Shown one piece after another: positions 1 to 9,840 of a DNA stretch of 20,000 nucleotides (positions are counted from its first letter, which is position 1; each line of letters opens with the position of its first letter). The DNA comes from an uncultured virus (IMG/VR IMGVR_UViG_3300006735_000024) (Duplodnaviria > Heunggongvirae > Uroviricota > Caudoviricetes), in IMG/VR virus record IMGVR_UViG_3300006735_000024; one strand, written 5' to 3'. The notes below the pieces were generated by a model. That model did no database searches, was not told the origin of the DNA, and saw nothing but the letters and a program-made list of their open reading frames with translations. The translations under genes were made by a program, and so were the position numbers.

Positions 1-718
1 TAGAAAGATTACCACCAAAAACTACAAAGAATCCTAATTCACTTCTTTCCAACCAGTAAACTTGACTCTTGCTATCTAAATTGTCTTCGATGTTTCCTGC
101 TCTACTCCACGGAACCCACCCAACAACCCCCAGGTCTAAATTATTTTCATCAATATACGAAGAGTCATACACCTCCACTGTCAATGTGTTTATGTCAATA
201 TCAAGACCAGACAAAAATCCTTTTTGTGTTACTTGATCCACCAGAAGGGGAAGTTCTTTCGTAAGTGATTTTGCTTCAGTGATGGTTACTACTGATTCAC
301 CATCATCATCTGTTGTGTAGGCATCAGTAGTATAAAAAGTGTAAGAAGTTCCTGCTGAATTATTACCTACAAATCTAGTGTAAGCAGGTATAACGGGATT
401 ACCAGAACCATAACCACGAACTTTTACTCTTGCACTCGATGAGGTTCTACCAGGCACAACATACCCTAATGGTTTCACAAGAGAGATTATAGATTCTTCT
501 CTTTGTGCTGTATCTAAAAACATCTCACTCGCAACCATATTTGAATAATAACCATAGTAGAGAGTGTTATATGCAAGAATATCTAAAAGAACCTGAGCCG
601 CCGAACCAGAGTAATCAAAGTCCTTTATTGTGTCTTGAGTTTTGAGATGATTTATGATACTTTGTTTGATATCATCAAACTCTAAACTTCCTAATTGTAC
701 GTCTAGTTTATTTGCCAT
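1..718 (-). CDS. gp6: Baseplate wedge subunit gp6 (N-terminal part; runs off the left edge)
   Basis: Not in the ORF track. Manual translation from ATG at 718 gives MANKLDVQLGSLEFDDIKQSIINHLKTQDTIKDFDYSGSAAQVLLDILAYNTLYYGYYSNMVASEMFLDTAQREESIISLVKPLGYVVP, the hallmark gp6 N-terminus. Lies directly after gp25. Confidence 0.93.
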   Translation of the reverse strand, partial: MANKLDVQLGSLEFDDIKQSIINHLKTQDTIKDFDYSGSAAQVLLDILAYNTLYYGYYSNMVASEMFLDTAQREESIISLVKPLGYVVPGRTSSSARVKVRGYGSGNPVIPAYTRFVGNNSAGTSYTFYTTDAYTTDDDGESVVTITEAKSLTKELPLLVDQVTQKGFLSGLDIDINTLTVEVYDSSYIDENNLDLGVVGWVPWSRAGNIEDNLDSKSQVYWLERSELGFFVVFGGNLS

Positions 719-719
719 T

Positions 720-1124
720 TTATCTTACCTTTGTTATTTGTATCTGAAGGGAATCTAAGATTGGTTCTGCGTTTAATCCTTGTCGGACAATATAATTCAC
801 GGATATATTCAACAAATTCGCATCAGTATCAGGAAAATTAAATTCTACACTTTCAACCTCTGCTCTAGGTTCTCTTAGTGTTACCTGATCTTTTATATCC
901 AACTCCATTCTTTGTAGTTCTATATCGGTTGGGCTATCAAATAACAAATCATGAACACCAACTCCAAAGTTTCTGTTGAAAGGTTTTTCACCCTTTCTTG
1001 TCAATATTAAATTCATGATAGATTGACGAATAGAATTACGATCTCTCATAATAGACACATCATTCGTGAAACTATTTTTAGTAAAGTCTATATCAAAATC
1101 TGTGAATTTATAGTTTGATGACAT
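720..1124 (-). CDS. gp25: Baseplate wedge subunit gp25 (GPW/gp25 family)
   Basis: Motifs SIRQSIMNLILTRKGEKPFNRNFG and EPRAEV; position upstream of gp6. Confidence 0.93.
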   Translation of the reverse strand: MSSNYKFTDFDIDFTKNSFTNDVSIMRDRNSIRQSIMNLILTRKGEKPFNRNFGVGVHDLLFDSPTDIELQRMELDIKDQVTLREPRAEVESVEFNFPDTDANLLNISVNYIVRQGLNAEPILDSLQIQITKVR

Positions 1125-1165
1125 CCAGCAAAATCCTTATTTTGGTTACTATATGTATAAGGCGA

Positions 1166-1891
1166 TTAGTCAAATAATCCGCCTAACCAGTCCGCAACCG
1201 AATCAAACCATCCTAAAATTTGACTTTCGTTTGGTTCGACTGGACTACTATCTCTTGATAATCCTATTAGCATCCTATGACTTTCATTTTGAATTACATG
1301 AGATATAGTCGTCACCATCCACCTACCTGAAAATCTTCTTGTATTTGGATCATCATTCCCAGGCATTTTATTAATAATTTTAATAAGTTCTCCAGGTCTT
1401 AAACTTAAATCACCGTTCAGTGCTATTTGTGCAGTTTGTGCAGTTATAAGAAACATCTGTGCATCTCTCCACAGAGGAGTAGTCTCGGGAGTGTTCCAGT
1501 ATGTTGCATATGTTCTTGTATAGTCAAGATATTCACCAAAGTTATCACCTCTACACGGACAACCACAACTACTTGGATGATCTTGATCTGCCCAGATACA
1601 TCCCAACCAATCTTCTCCCAAAGAACTTTCGATATAATCACACTCTTTGATTGATTCGAGTGCTTCTTGTAATTCTTCGTCAGTTGGTTCTGGTTCGGTT
1701 GGTTTTAATTCCTGACATGGACAATTGCACAACGGATCATCTTCGTCACACTCAGAATTATCTACCGGACCATCTGGATTTGCACATGGATATTTGTCAT
1801 TAATTGCACCAATGGAATGACCTACCCTGATAGTAGGCCAAACATTGTTAACAAAGGAAGAGAGTTTTAAGATATGATCTGCTTTTGCCAT
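1166..1891 (-). CDS. C-terminal part of a gp27-type baseplate hub protein, with a Cys-rich N-terminal extension
   Basis: C-terminus AQIALNGDLSLRPGELIKI...RFSGRWMVTTISHVI...HRMLIGLSRDS matches my recall of the conserved end of T4-like hub proteins. Has its own GGAG RBS. Confidence 0.75.
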   Translation of the reverse strand: MAKADHILKLSSFVNNVWPTIRVGHSIGAINDKYPCANPDGPVDNSECDEDDPLCNCPCQELKPTEPEPTDEELQEALESIKECDYIESSLGEDWLGCIWADQDHPSSCGCPCRGDNFGEYLDYTRTYATYWNTPETTPLWRDAQMFLITAQTAQIALNGDLSLRPGELIKIINKMPGNDDPNTRRFSGRWMVTTISHVIQNESHRMLIGLSRDSSPVEPNESQILGWFDSVADWLGGLFD

Positions 1892-1911
1892 TTATTTCTC
1901 CAACTTATATA

Positions 1912-4863
1912 TCAAGGATCTGTGAAACAACTAAAATTATTTCCAGTCCAGTAACAATCACATATGTCACAACCGCCGATTGCTAGACAGTTATTACAAT
2001 CACACTCTTCTGGTGTACCACCCGACTCTAAACAATCATTTTGTACCCCCGTACAACAATAGTCTGGTGGTTCGCATGTGTTGCATACAAAATTAAAACA
2101 ACAATACCCCTCTGGACATTCACTATCGTCACCTTCAGAACACCCACAATTTTCGCATGTCTGAATTGGGCCGGGGAAATCTTCGCTATATGATGTGGTA
2201 CAGCATTGATTGTCGGAAGTATTACATTCACATGGTGCTGTAGGATTTGAAGACTGACCGCAACATGAGCCTGGTGGAACTCCGCAACATCCATAACTAT
2301 CATCAGGAAACGGTACATTGTCTTCTTCGCAATCACCGTTATCTGCCGTACCCCAGTAGCAAGTACGACAACCTGCCTGACCATAATCTCCCATTTCATC
2401 ACAAATTGTACCATTCTCCTCGAAATCAGATCCGTCATCATCGTTCCGTTCGCAGGTTGCAGGTGTTCCGTCAGGACAAGTTCCTGATGGTGGTTCTGTT
2501 GTTGGTGGTTCCTCATCGACACAATAACCATCCTCGCAACGCCGGCGACAGTCCTCGCCCGCGTCGATGCAGCAATCCGCGTCACCGAAACATTCTGGAG
2601 GACATTCTTCACAATATCCATCATTACAACACAGGCCTGGTGGACAAGTTTCTGCGTCGGGATTACCGCCGATCAGACCACATTCGCCACCGGAACAATA
2701 AATACATTCTCCGAATCTACAGCATTCTTTATATGGACAATCTGAATCTGTTTCACATTCTGGAGGATCTGGATCAAAGGTTGTACACCAATCACCACTT
2801 CCCTCTCGACGCCATTCTATTGTATTTTCCCACGGACAGTCCCATTGAGGATCGCTTCCACCTGCGAAACCAGAACCATCTGCCCAACACTTATCGCTTG
2901 ATTCAGTTGCAAAACAAAAACATTCATGTTGGTAATTTTCAGATGTTGCTTCTTCATAACCAATCCATTGTCCTGCATCATTGAACACAGTTTGACAACA
3001 TTTACCTATAGGAAATTCTTGACAACTATATCTTAGTTGATCACATGTTGCATTGCAACGACCTTCACAAAATCTTTGATCTCCAAACCCAGCATTTAAA
3101 TCGGGATCGAAGTTCGACGGCGGTGGATCCTCGAAAAATTTGAGGTTATGGTCAAAAATAAAGTCTGTAGATCCTCTCCACAATCCTTCTTCTTTAAAAC
3201 AATCCCAGTAATTTGTATCAACACAAGAACCATCCGGTAAACAACAAGCGGCAGTTCCTGCATCTAGTAAACACTGGTTCTCATTGTATGGTTTCGAGAA
3301 TTCATCCCAAAAACAAGTTCCCTCATCACAAGGATAATCTTCTGCTCCCTCACTGATAAATTCTTCACATAAGAATTTCCAAAAATCATTATTGCAGTCT
3401 TTGAGTTTTAATTCTTCTGCTGTCAGGTTTTCGGTATTTGAAGGATGTTGTGCTGCCAGTTCATACCACCCGATAGGAATTTGTGTGGCCTTTGCTCCAA
3501 AAATTGTAGAGTCGTAAATTACAATAACAGCACCCAAACCGTTTTTCTTATATACCGCAGTACATGCCGGAGTATCACAACTTCCTATTAATCTCTTTCC
3601 TCCGTTTTGAGGAACGAGTCCACCAGCGTCGGATGTGTTGACTGAAAACGGATATTCTTCCTCTCCATCGCCTTTTTTAAACGGAGATAAAGTTTTCTGA
3701 CAACACATCTGTGGAAATGCACCAGTTTCATCATATTCAATCCTATTAATTGTTGGTTCAAATTGTCCTTCCTCTAAACATCTATCCACACCAACATAAG
3801 AATCGGAATAGCATAGATGATAAAACTCTCTATCCTGCTCCCCATCATCACCACAGAAGAATGCAAATTCTCTCAACTGTTCTTCTATTTCAACATAATT
3901 GTATCTCTCTCTTGTTCCATATTGGTTTTCACTTTCATCTTCAGGATCTCTTACTAGTTCCCACCAATCATCATACATGCAGGAGAAATTATTTCTTCTC
4001 CCCATTTCACCACCATTATTGGTATGCACATTAGAATTAGCCCATTCTCTAAAATCAAATTTATATCTGCATCCAGTATTGAGAGATTCCTGAAGAATCA
4101 CCAACTTACCACCACTCTGTACCCAATCCCTAACCCATAACCAACCTTCATCATTCTCTCCCCTCACGGGAGGGATTGTAGAAATATCAGCACCACATCG
4201 AGGTAAATTATCGAAAACAGAGTTACCAATGTGATTTCCCCAATAATTACCAAGTCCCCCAACGAATGCTAATTTATGACATCCGATGTTTTCTGGATTG
4301 CAGTGCATGGTACAATCTCCTCTTGGTTGAAGAGGACCGTTCCAATTTTCTTTCCAGTCATTCATTACCTGCGGAGACCATGGAAGATGTCCCCACGGAG
4401 GAGTGAACTGATAATATGTAACTCTCGGGACGGGACTAGATCCGGGCGCGATAAAATTACCACTTCCCGGATATCTTTCCCAGCAACGATTAAACTCACA
4501 TCCTGTTTCAGAATAATAATATGCACCTTGAGGATTACAGGATGGAGGACAAATATCTAGGTTCGTCTCTCTTGGGTCGGAAAAACCTTCACCATCAGGT
4601 AAGAACGCTCTAGAATCTAAACATATATCTCCGACATATAAATTAGAAGGATGTGCTTGATCATAAAAATCAATATCTGGCCCGTTCTCCATAGGTGCAT
4701 AAACAGTATTTTGAAATCCATACCTCTGTGCATGATCTTCTTCGCGTTCGGACCTACCAATGGCACAAATTGGACATGAACCGGAAGTATTCTCGTACCG
4801 ATATTCTATACCTGTACAAGGTCTGTCTCCACAACCACAACAACATGTTCTATGTGTACTCAT
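1912..4863 (-). CDS. Large Cys-rich hypothetical protein (983 aa), probably virion/baseplate-associated
   Basis: Long ORF inside the baseplate operon. Many CC and CxxDxDC motifs, plus a central alpha/beta-like segment. Confidence 0.8.
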   Translation of the reverse strand: MSTHRTCCCGCGDRPCTGIEYRYENTSGSCPICAIGRSEREEDHAQRYGFQNTVYAPMENGPDIDFYDQAHPSNLYVGDICLDSRAFLPDGEGFSDPRETNLDICPPSCNPQGAYYYSETGCEFNRCWERYPGSGNFIAPGSSPVPRVTYYQFTPPWGHLPWSPQVMNDWKENWNGPLQPRGDCTMHCNPENIGCHKLAFVGGLGNYWGNHIGNSVFDNLPRCGADISTIPPVRGENDEGWLWVRDWVQSGGKLVILQESLNTGCRYKFDFREWANSNVHTNNGGEMGRRNNFSCMYDDWWELVRDPEDESENQYGTRERYNYVEIEEQLREFAFFCGDDGEQDREFYHLCYSDSYVGVDRCLEEGQFEPTINRIEYDETGAFPQMCCQKTLSPFKKGDGEEEYPFSVNTSDAGGLVPQNGGKRLIGSCDTPACTAVYKKNGLGAVIVIYDSTIFGAKATQIPIGWYELAAQHPSNTENLTAEELKLKDCNNDFWKFLCEEFISEGAEDYPCDEGTCFWDEFSKPYNENQCLLDAGTAACCLPDGSCVDTNYWDCFKEEGLWRGSTDFIFDHNLKFFEDPPPSNFDPDLNAGFGDQRFCEGRCNATCDQLRYSCQEFPIGKCCQTVFNDAGQWIGYEEATSENYQHECFCFATESSDKCWADGSGFAGGSDPQWDCPWENTIEWRREGSGDWCTTFDPDPPECETDSDCPYKECCRFGECIYCSGGECGLIGGNPDAETCPPGLCCNDGYCEECPPECFGDADCCIDAGEDCRRRCEDGYCVDEEPPTTEPPSGTCPDGTPATCERNDDDGSDFEENGTICDEMGDYGQAGCRTCYWGTADNGDCEEDNVPFPDDSYGCCGVPPGSCCGQSSNPTAPCECNTSDNQCCTTSYSEDFPGPIQTCENCGCSEGDDSECPEGYCCFNFVCNTCEPPDYCCTGVQNDCLESGGTPEECDCNNCLAIGGCDICDCYWTGNNFSCFTDP

Positions 4864-4871
4864 AATTTAAA

Positions 4872-6899
4872 CTACGGACAACTACACAAACCATCGTGTG
4901 CATTCGGGACATCAAAGAGATAAGTGTCTGTTGGAATTTCTGAATTTTCCTCATCCTCTTGTGCAACAATTGTCGATAATACATGATTGGGAATCTTATA
5001 CATCTGAACAATATGCTTATGAAAATAAACTCCAGACTCTCCTTCCTCTGGAATTTCACACGGATCATCGCCTACTCTAAAGTAACCTCCAACTGGCATC
5101 ATTTGGAATGCTTCTGGATAGTCATTGAAATCATCATTTGCCAAGTTTACTCCAGGTCCTGCGAAGACATCATTCTCCTCATCTAAGTTCATCAATTCGT
5201 TTATGTTGTATGCGGGAGAATCATCCGAATCTCCTTCCATACCACCTTCTACAGCAACCACCGTGACCGGAGCGCCTTCTGGTGTTATAACTTCACCACC
5301 GTCCTGATCGATGAAATCTTTTGGCCAGATTTCCACTTCTCTCCAAGAATATTCATATATTCCTGCTCTACCATTATCTTGAACCTTCACCGCATCTTCT
5401 ATCACTGCAAAGAATGTGTACTTCTGTAAATCTTCTGCATCACAGCAAACAGATTGACTATAGACGTTCCATTTTTCTTTTAAATTTTTCTTCTCAACAT
5501 AGTTCTGGTAATTTTGTTTTATTGGTTCTTTAATTTCATCTTTAATTATCTTTGCGGTTTCGGGATCTAAGTTTGTTTGATCAAACATAGTTTGCCACAT
5601 TATATCGTTTGTTTTTCCATACTTCCCGTCAGTTTGTATACTTCCCATATAGTCGTGATTATTACTACCATAATAATTGTACGGAGAAGAAAAGTAACCA
5701 TAGAGACCACTTTCATCATATTTTCTTCTCGACTTAGGATGTATGTTCATCGGATCACTGATATCAATTGATGTATCAAATGTTTCCGGTAACAATTTAT
5801 ACTTTTCTATTCTACCACCACCGTCAGCATCACCCCACAAATCAGAATCTCTGTGGTAGTCATAGGTTATGATTTCTCGTTCTCCCCAACTGTCGGAATT
5901 GCTTCTAGAGTGGTTGGAAGTAAAATCTAAATATTCAAAATAATCGTCATCATAGTTTGGTTTTATTAATTCATAATAAGAAGAATATGCTCCATTTTGC
6001 AAAGACGCTAGATGATCATACTCTGAAACAATCTTAAATGATTCTATTCTGGGATCACCAAACTCCCCCCACTCACTAACTGGAACATTTTGATCTGTGA
6101 TGTAGTAGGTTCTTGCCTTATCTTCACCAAACAAACCAAATCCCCAAGTTGTGTCCGAATCATCAATCAGTTTTCTAATCGATTTGAAATGCCAACCATT
6201 GAAATCTTGCCAGAATAAGTAATTAACACCAAGTGTATCCTCTGTTACAGAATTCTCACAAATATTATTCATAAGACTCAATAAGTTTGGAGGATGAACG
6301 TCCTTCCCCCAAGGATACATCATGTGATTTTTCTTCAACCACATTGAATTGTGAGTTTCCTCAACTGAGGTTGGTTCTTGTGCATGACTCATAGAAGTAG
6401 AGCCTGGATCTAAATACTTTTCTGCTATTGTTTGCACAAACTCACTATTAAGTCCAATGAAGTCATTGTCCATGTAATCTAAAACGCCGTTGTCAAGAAA
6501 ATAACTTTCACATGCGATTAAATCAAGTTCCCAACCTGCTCCTGCCCTACCTTTGTCTCCAGATAGTGCTTGAGTAAATGCTTCGTCTCCAAGAAACCTA
6601 ACATTACTTACGCACAAAGTCAGAGTGTGTGAAGAATTCGGAATGTCTGGTGATTCAAATTGTATTTCTACCTTCTCGTTACCAATCATGTTGAAATAAT
6701 CACCGACAATTCCGGGATCTTTTATCTTCAACAACCCAGTAATTCCAGTTTGAAATACACTCTCTATTAAGTTTAAATTTGCAAATATAGATTTAGCGGA
6801 TTCAGGACCTGGGATAACATCCAATACCTGTCCCTCTGGTTTTATAATCTTAATAGTGGATATATTAATCGCTGATCTTAATTGTCTTTCATTAGGCAT
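4872..6899 (-). CDS. N-terminal part of a gp27-type baseplate hub protein
   Basis: LNLIESVFQTGITGLLKIKD...IGNEKVEIQF, YLFWQDFNGWHFKSIRKL and DHLASLQNGAYSS match hub proteins encoded after gp53 in T4-like phages. The usual C-terminal GxWxxxxxxH...LxRDS segment is absent. Confidence 0.8.
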   Translation of the reverse strand: MPNERQLRSAINISTIKIIKPEGQVLDVIPGPESAKSIFANLNLIESVFQTGITGLLKIKDPGIVGDYFNMIGNEKVEIQFESPDIPNSSHTLTLCVSNVRFLGDEAFTQALSGDKGRAGAGWELDLIACESYFLDNGVLDYMDNDFIGLNSEFVQTIAEKYLDPGSTSMSHAQEPTSVEETHNSMWLKKNHMMYPWGKDVHPPNLLSLMNNICENSVTEDTLGVNYLFWQDFNGWHFKSIRKLIDDSDTTWGFGLFGEDKARTYYITDQNVPVSEWGEFGDPRIESFKIVSEYDHLASLQNGAYSSYYELIKPNYDDDYFEYLDFTSNHSRSNSDSWGEREIITYDYHRDSDLWGDADGGGRIEKYKLLPETFDTSIDISDPMNIHPKSRRKYDESGLYGYFSSPYNYYGSNNHDYMGSIQTDGKYGKTNDIMWQTMFDQTNLDPETAKIIKDEIKEPIKQNYQNYVEKKNLKEKWNVYSQSVCCDAEDLQKYTFFAVIEDAVKVQDNGRAGIYEYSWREVEIWPKDFIDQDGGEVITPEGAPVTVVAVEGGMEGDSDDSPAYNINELMNLDEENDVFAGPGVNLANDDFNDYPEAFQMMPVGGYFRVGDDPCEIPEEGESGVYFHKHIVQMYKIPNHVLSTIVAQEDEENSEIPTDTYLFDVPNAHDGLCSCP

Positions 6900-6911
6900 G
6901 ATAATTCACTT

Positions 6912-7958
6912 TCAATTCAATTCAATCAACCGAGTCGTTCCTCTTGGAACAGCACCACTTAATAAACTTTCCAATTCATCAACGATAATATTTGCCATTC
7001 TTGGGACAATCAATTTGATATTTCTATTTCTGTCATTGGTATTCATAATATCTGCGTATGTGGTAAGAATTTCTATTTTAGGATTTAAATTATCTGTGAT
7101 ATAATCATAAAGAATTGTTCCTGTCATTCCGCACAGACTTTGGTATGAGAAAAAGTCACCACTTGGACCATCATCTTGACCGTCGATGTTTGAAAGATAG
7201 GCAGAATATGGATTTACATCATCTCCTTCATATTTAAAACTTACAATACTATCTTTGATACTATCTTTTCTTTGAATGATACCAAAGGTAGAACCGGAGG
7301 TTGCACACAGTTCTCCCCAATGAGTAAATGTGTCATTACTTTCAGGACCGGAAATCCCAACGCATGATGTTGAACCGAAGTATGGTTGGTAGCAACCAGT
7401 TTCACCAAATCCACCAATAGAAACATAGTTACCTTCTACACCTTTTCTAAAAATATGAACCTCGTCTCCAGCGTTCAATGTACCAGAACCAATCTTCACA
7501 TCTAATTTTCTCAGAAGAGGATCATAACTATCTACAACTCCATATTTGTCTATGTCAATACCTGCGGTTCCACCACCTCCGTTTTCCACAGAAACAGTAT
7601 CTCTCTTTACAATGACATCACCATGTCTCGCATCGAGTCCTTCAAACAAGTAGTAACTGTTTCCACTTAGAAAAGCAGAAAACAACCTATCAAGTTCGGA
7701 CATAGATTTAGGCCATTCGTTTTCTATATCAATTATGTTATTGCAAAGTAGAACTAACCACCAATAGGAAGGACTTCCGTAAAATTTATTGGCAATATCA
7801 TCGGGACTTTCTCCCTCGATTACCAAATACTCCTCGAAGTTTTTCTTATCGTTCAGTGTCTTCTCTGTAAATTGAACTCTACGAAATATATCCTGAACAG
7901 AAACCCCAACCAATTGAGGAAAGTCATATTCAATTTTAGGAAACCTATTAAAATACAT
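6912..7958 (-). CDS. gp53: Baseplate wedge protein gp53 (with internal insertion)
   Basis: MYFNRFPKIEYD, GESPDDIANKFYGSPSYWWLVLLCNNIID..EWP, and C-terminal NDRNRNIKLI. Confidence 0.9.
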   Translation of the reverse strand: MYFNRFPKIEYDFPQLVGVSVQDIFRRVQFTEKTLNDKKNFEEYLVIEGESPDDIANKFYGSPSYWWLVLLCNNIIDIENEWPKSMSELDRLFSAFLSGNSYYLFEGLDARHGDVIVKRDTVSVENGGGGTAGIDIDKYGVVDSYDPLLRKLDVKIGSGTLNAGDEVHIFRKGVEGNYVSIGGFGETGCYQPYFGSTSCVGISGPESNDTFTHWGELCATSGSTFGIIQRKDSIKDSIVSFKYEGDDVNPYSAYLSNIDGQDDGPSGDFFSYQSLCGMTGTILYDYITDNLNPKIEILTTYADIMNTNDRNRNIKLIVPRMANIIVDELESLLSGAVPRGTTRLIELN

Positions 7959-7973
7959 GAATCTTTCCTCTTA

Positions 7974-8747
7974 TTATTTTACCTGACTTCTTGACTTGAT
8001 TGTGTTTCCGGCAGCAACTGCTGGTTCTAGTTCTTGGAAGTCGCATGTGAGAGTGGTAATCGCAGGATAATATTTAAAGTTTTTACCATGTCCATATGTT
8101 CCTTCTGGTGTGGTGTTGATTGTGACCTTAGTTAGAACAGAAGGAAGAACTTTAAACAACCATGTTTCATTAGGATTAGTTGTACCAGGCCCCATAGCAT
8201 TTATATGCCAAACTGCCGGGTGAATTACTCTAGATGCACTTTCAAGTCCAGACATCATCGGATATGCACACGTTTGAAATGCATTAGCGATCTTTGCTAT
8301 TTCGGGTGCATCTTTGTCGCATTTCGGTATGAGTCTCCACTCAAATGAATGTGTTCTAAAGTTTGCCCCTTGGTAAATCGAATCCCTCATATCCATAGGT
8401 CTTTGTCCCATAAGAGAACTCACACCAAGTAGGTCTTTTGCAACCGAAAGGAAACCACCCCCTGTTTTGAAGAATTCAGCAATTCCACCAGAAGTTAAAT
8501 CAAACATATGACCTGTCTCGGTTTCTCCCATACCATATGAAATTGAATTTTCTCTTGCCATATTTTTAACAAAAGGTAGAACTATATCTGCAAAAGAAGA
8601 ACCGGAATCTGGTGCTTCGTCTCTCACTTCTGAAAAAATGCTATATGGTTGCGCCTGAAATCTTAATTTGAGTGGGGTGTTGTCTGCCCCATCCAAACCG
8701 CACTGAGACGACGGCCATTGTAATTTTCCAAAATTAGGTTGCGACAT
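7974..8747 (-). CDS. gp48: Baseplate tail-tube cap gp48
   Basis: YQGANFRTHSFEWRLIPK and TLTCDFQELEP motifs; position between gp53 and gp4. Confidence 0.85.
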   Translation of the reverse strand: MSQPNFGKLQWPSSQCGLDGADNTPLKLRFQAQPYSIFSEVRDEAPDSGSSFADIVLPFVKNMARENSISYGMGETETGHMFDLTSGGIAEFFKTGGGFLSVAKDLLGVSSLMGQRPMDMRDSIYQGANFRTHSFEWRLIPKCDKDAPEIAKIANAFQTCAYPMMSGLESASRVIHPAVWHINAMGPGTTNPNETWLFKVLPSVLTKVTINTTPEGTYGHGKNFKYYPAITTLTCDFQELEPAVAAGNTIKSRSQVK

Positions 8748-8797
8748 TTTTCTTTTCTCCGTTTACTAATATATATTCATGTTAAGGATTATCTTTT

Positions 8798-9232
8798 ATG
8801 GCATATAAAACAAAGTATAAAATAGAAAACCCTTCAAAATATATAGGTGATCCTACCAAAATTATATGCAGGTCTTTATGGGAAAGAAGAGTTTGTAAAT
8901 ATTTAGATGAAAATATAAATGTTCTGAGATGGGGGAGTGAAGAATTGATTATTCCCTATTACTCACCAGTTGATAAAAAGAACCACCGTTACTATCCAGA
9001 CTTCATAGCAGAAATTAAAGATAAGAGCGGGAATATAAAAACATATGTGATAGAAGTCAAACCTAAAAAACAAACAAAACCCCCAAAGAAACCTAAAAGA
9101 CAAACAAAGTCATACTTAAATGAGTGCATGACATATGCTGTAAACGAAGCAAAATGGAAGTCTGCTAATAGACTGTGCAAAAAGAAAGGTTGGGAATTTA
9201 TTATATTGACAGAGGACAATATTTTACCCTAA
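8798..9232 (+). CDS. gp4: Head completion protein gp4 (TnsA-like nuclease fold)
   Basis: NPSKYIGDP, RSLWERR, WGSEE..IPYYSPVD..HRYYPDF, IEVKP, NEAKW, ILTE. Confidence 0.95.
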   Translation: MAYKTKYKIENPSKYIGDPTKIICRSLWERRVCKYLDENINVLRWGSEELIIPYYSPVDKKNHRYYPDFIAEIKDKSGNIKTYVIEVKPKKQTKPPKKPKRQTKSYLNECMTYAVNEAKWKSANRLCKKKGWEFIILTEDNILP

Positions 9233-9273
9233 AACTGCCATAAAAAGCATAAATAAATAAAAAGGGAACACAG

Positions 9274-9822
9274 ATGGCAACCAACGAAAATTCAATTGAT
9301 CATTTCAAAAATACTTTTCTGAAGAATGGTATCGCAAGACCAACAAGATATCTTGTAGAACTATCTGGTCCAGAGGATACTTTAACATTTCAACCAGAAC
9401 TACTAAATCTACCGGCAAGAGGATTTACTCAGATTCAGGACGATTTGTTTTTTGGTCCTTCGAGAAACATACCTGTCGCAAGAGACTTTCAGGGTACTAT
9501 TCTCATGCAATTCCCAGTAGATGATAAACAGGGAGAGAGAACATTCTTTGAAGCATGGATGGACAAAATAGTTCATCCTACCACTCAAATGACATCATAT
9601 TTGAATGACGGTACTATTTACGGTACTATGGTCATCAAAACCCTTAATGCATCGGGTAAAGTATCATCCACATATGAATTTGAAGAAGTTTACCCCGCAA
9701 GCATACTACCAATACAGTTGGGGTATCGACAAAGAGATAGTTACACCCAAATGCAAGTTAACATTGAGTTTAGGTCGTATAAATATATTACAGATGACTA
9801 TGAGACACCAACTACTTTTTAG
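9274..9822 (+). CDS. Tail-tube-like baseplate protein (gp54/gp19 family)
   Basis: GIARPTRY, FFEAWMDKI and YEFEEVYP..I..IQL motifs of the tube fold; synteny between gp4 and gp26. Confidence 0.75.
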   Translation: MATNENSIDHFKNTFLKNGIARPTRYLVELSGPEDTLTFQPELLNLPARGFTQIQDDLFFGPSRNIPVARDFQGTILMQFPVDDKQGERTFFEAWMDKIVHPTTQMTSYLNDGTIYGTMVIKTLNASGKVSSTYEFEEVYPASILPIQLGYRQRDSYTQMQVNIEFRSYKYITDDYETPTTF

Positions 9823-9840
9823 AGTACAGGAAATTAAAAT

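Noticed and set aside
2028..2984. Long overlapping ORFs (198 aa minus, 245 aa plus)
   Set aside because: Shadow frames of the locally GC-richer Cys-rich gene, with no recognisable motifs.
4861..4874. Stop-codon read-through or recoding joining the hub N-fragment to the Cys-rich ORF
   Set aside because: The TAG is followed by an 8-nt gap, so the next ATG is out of frame. No suppressor tRNA is seen in the window, and core genes end at their expected positions.
8798..9232. Transposase or homing endonuclease because of the TnsA-like motif
   Set aside because: Sequence and synteny match core head-completion gp4.
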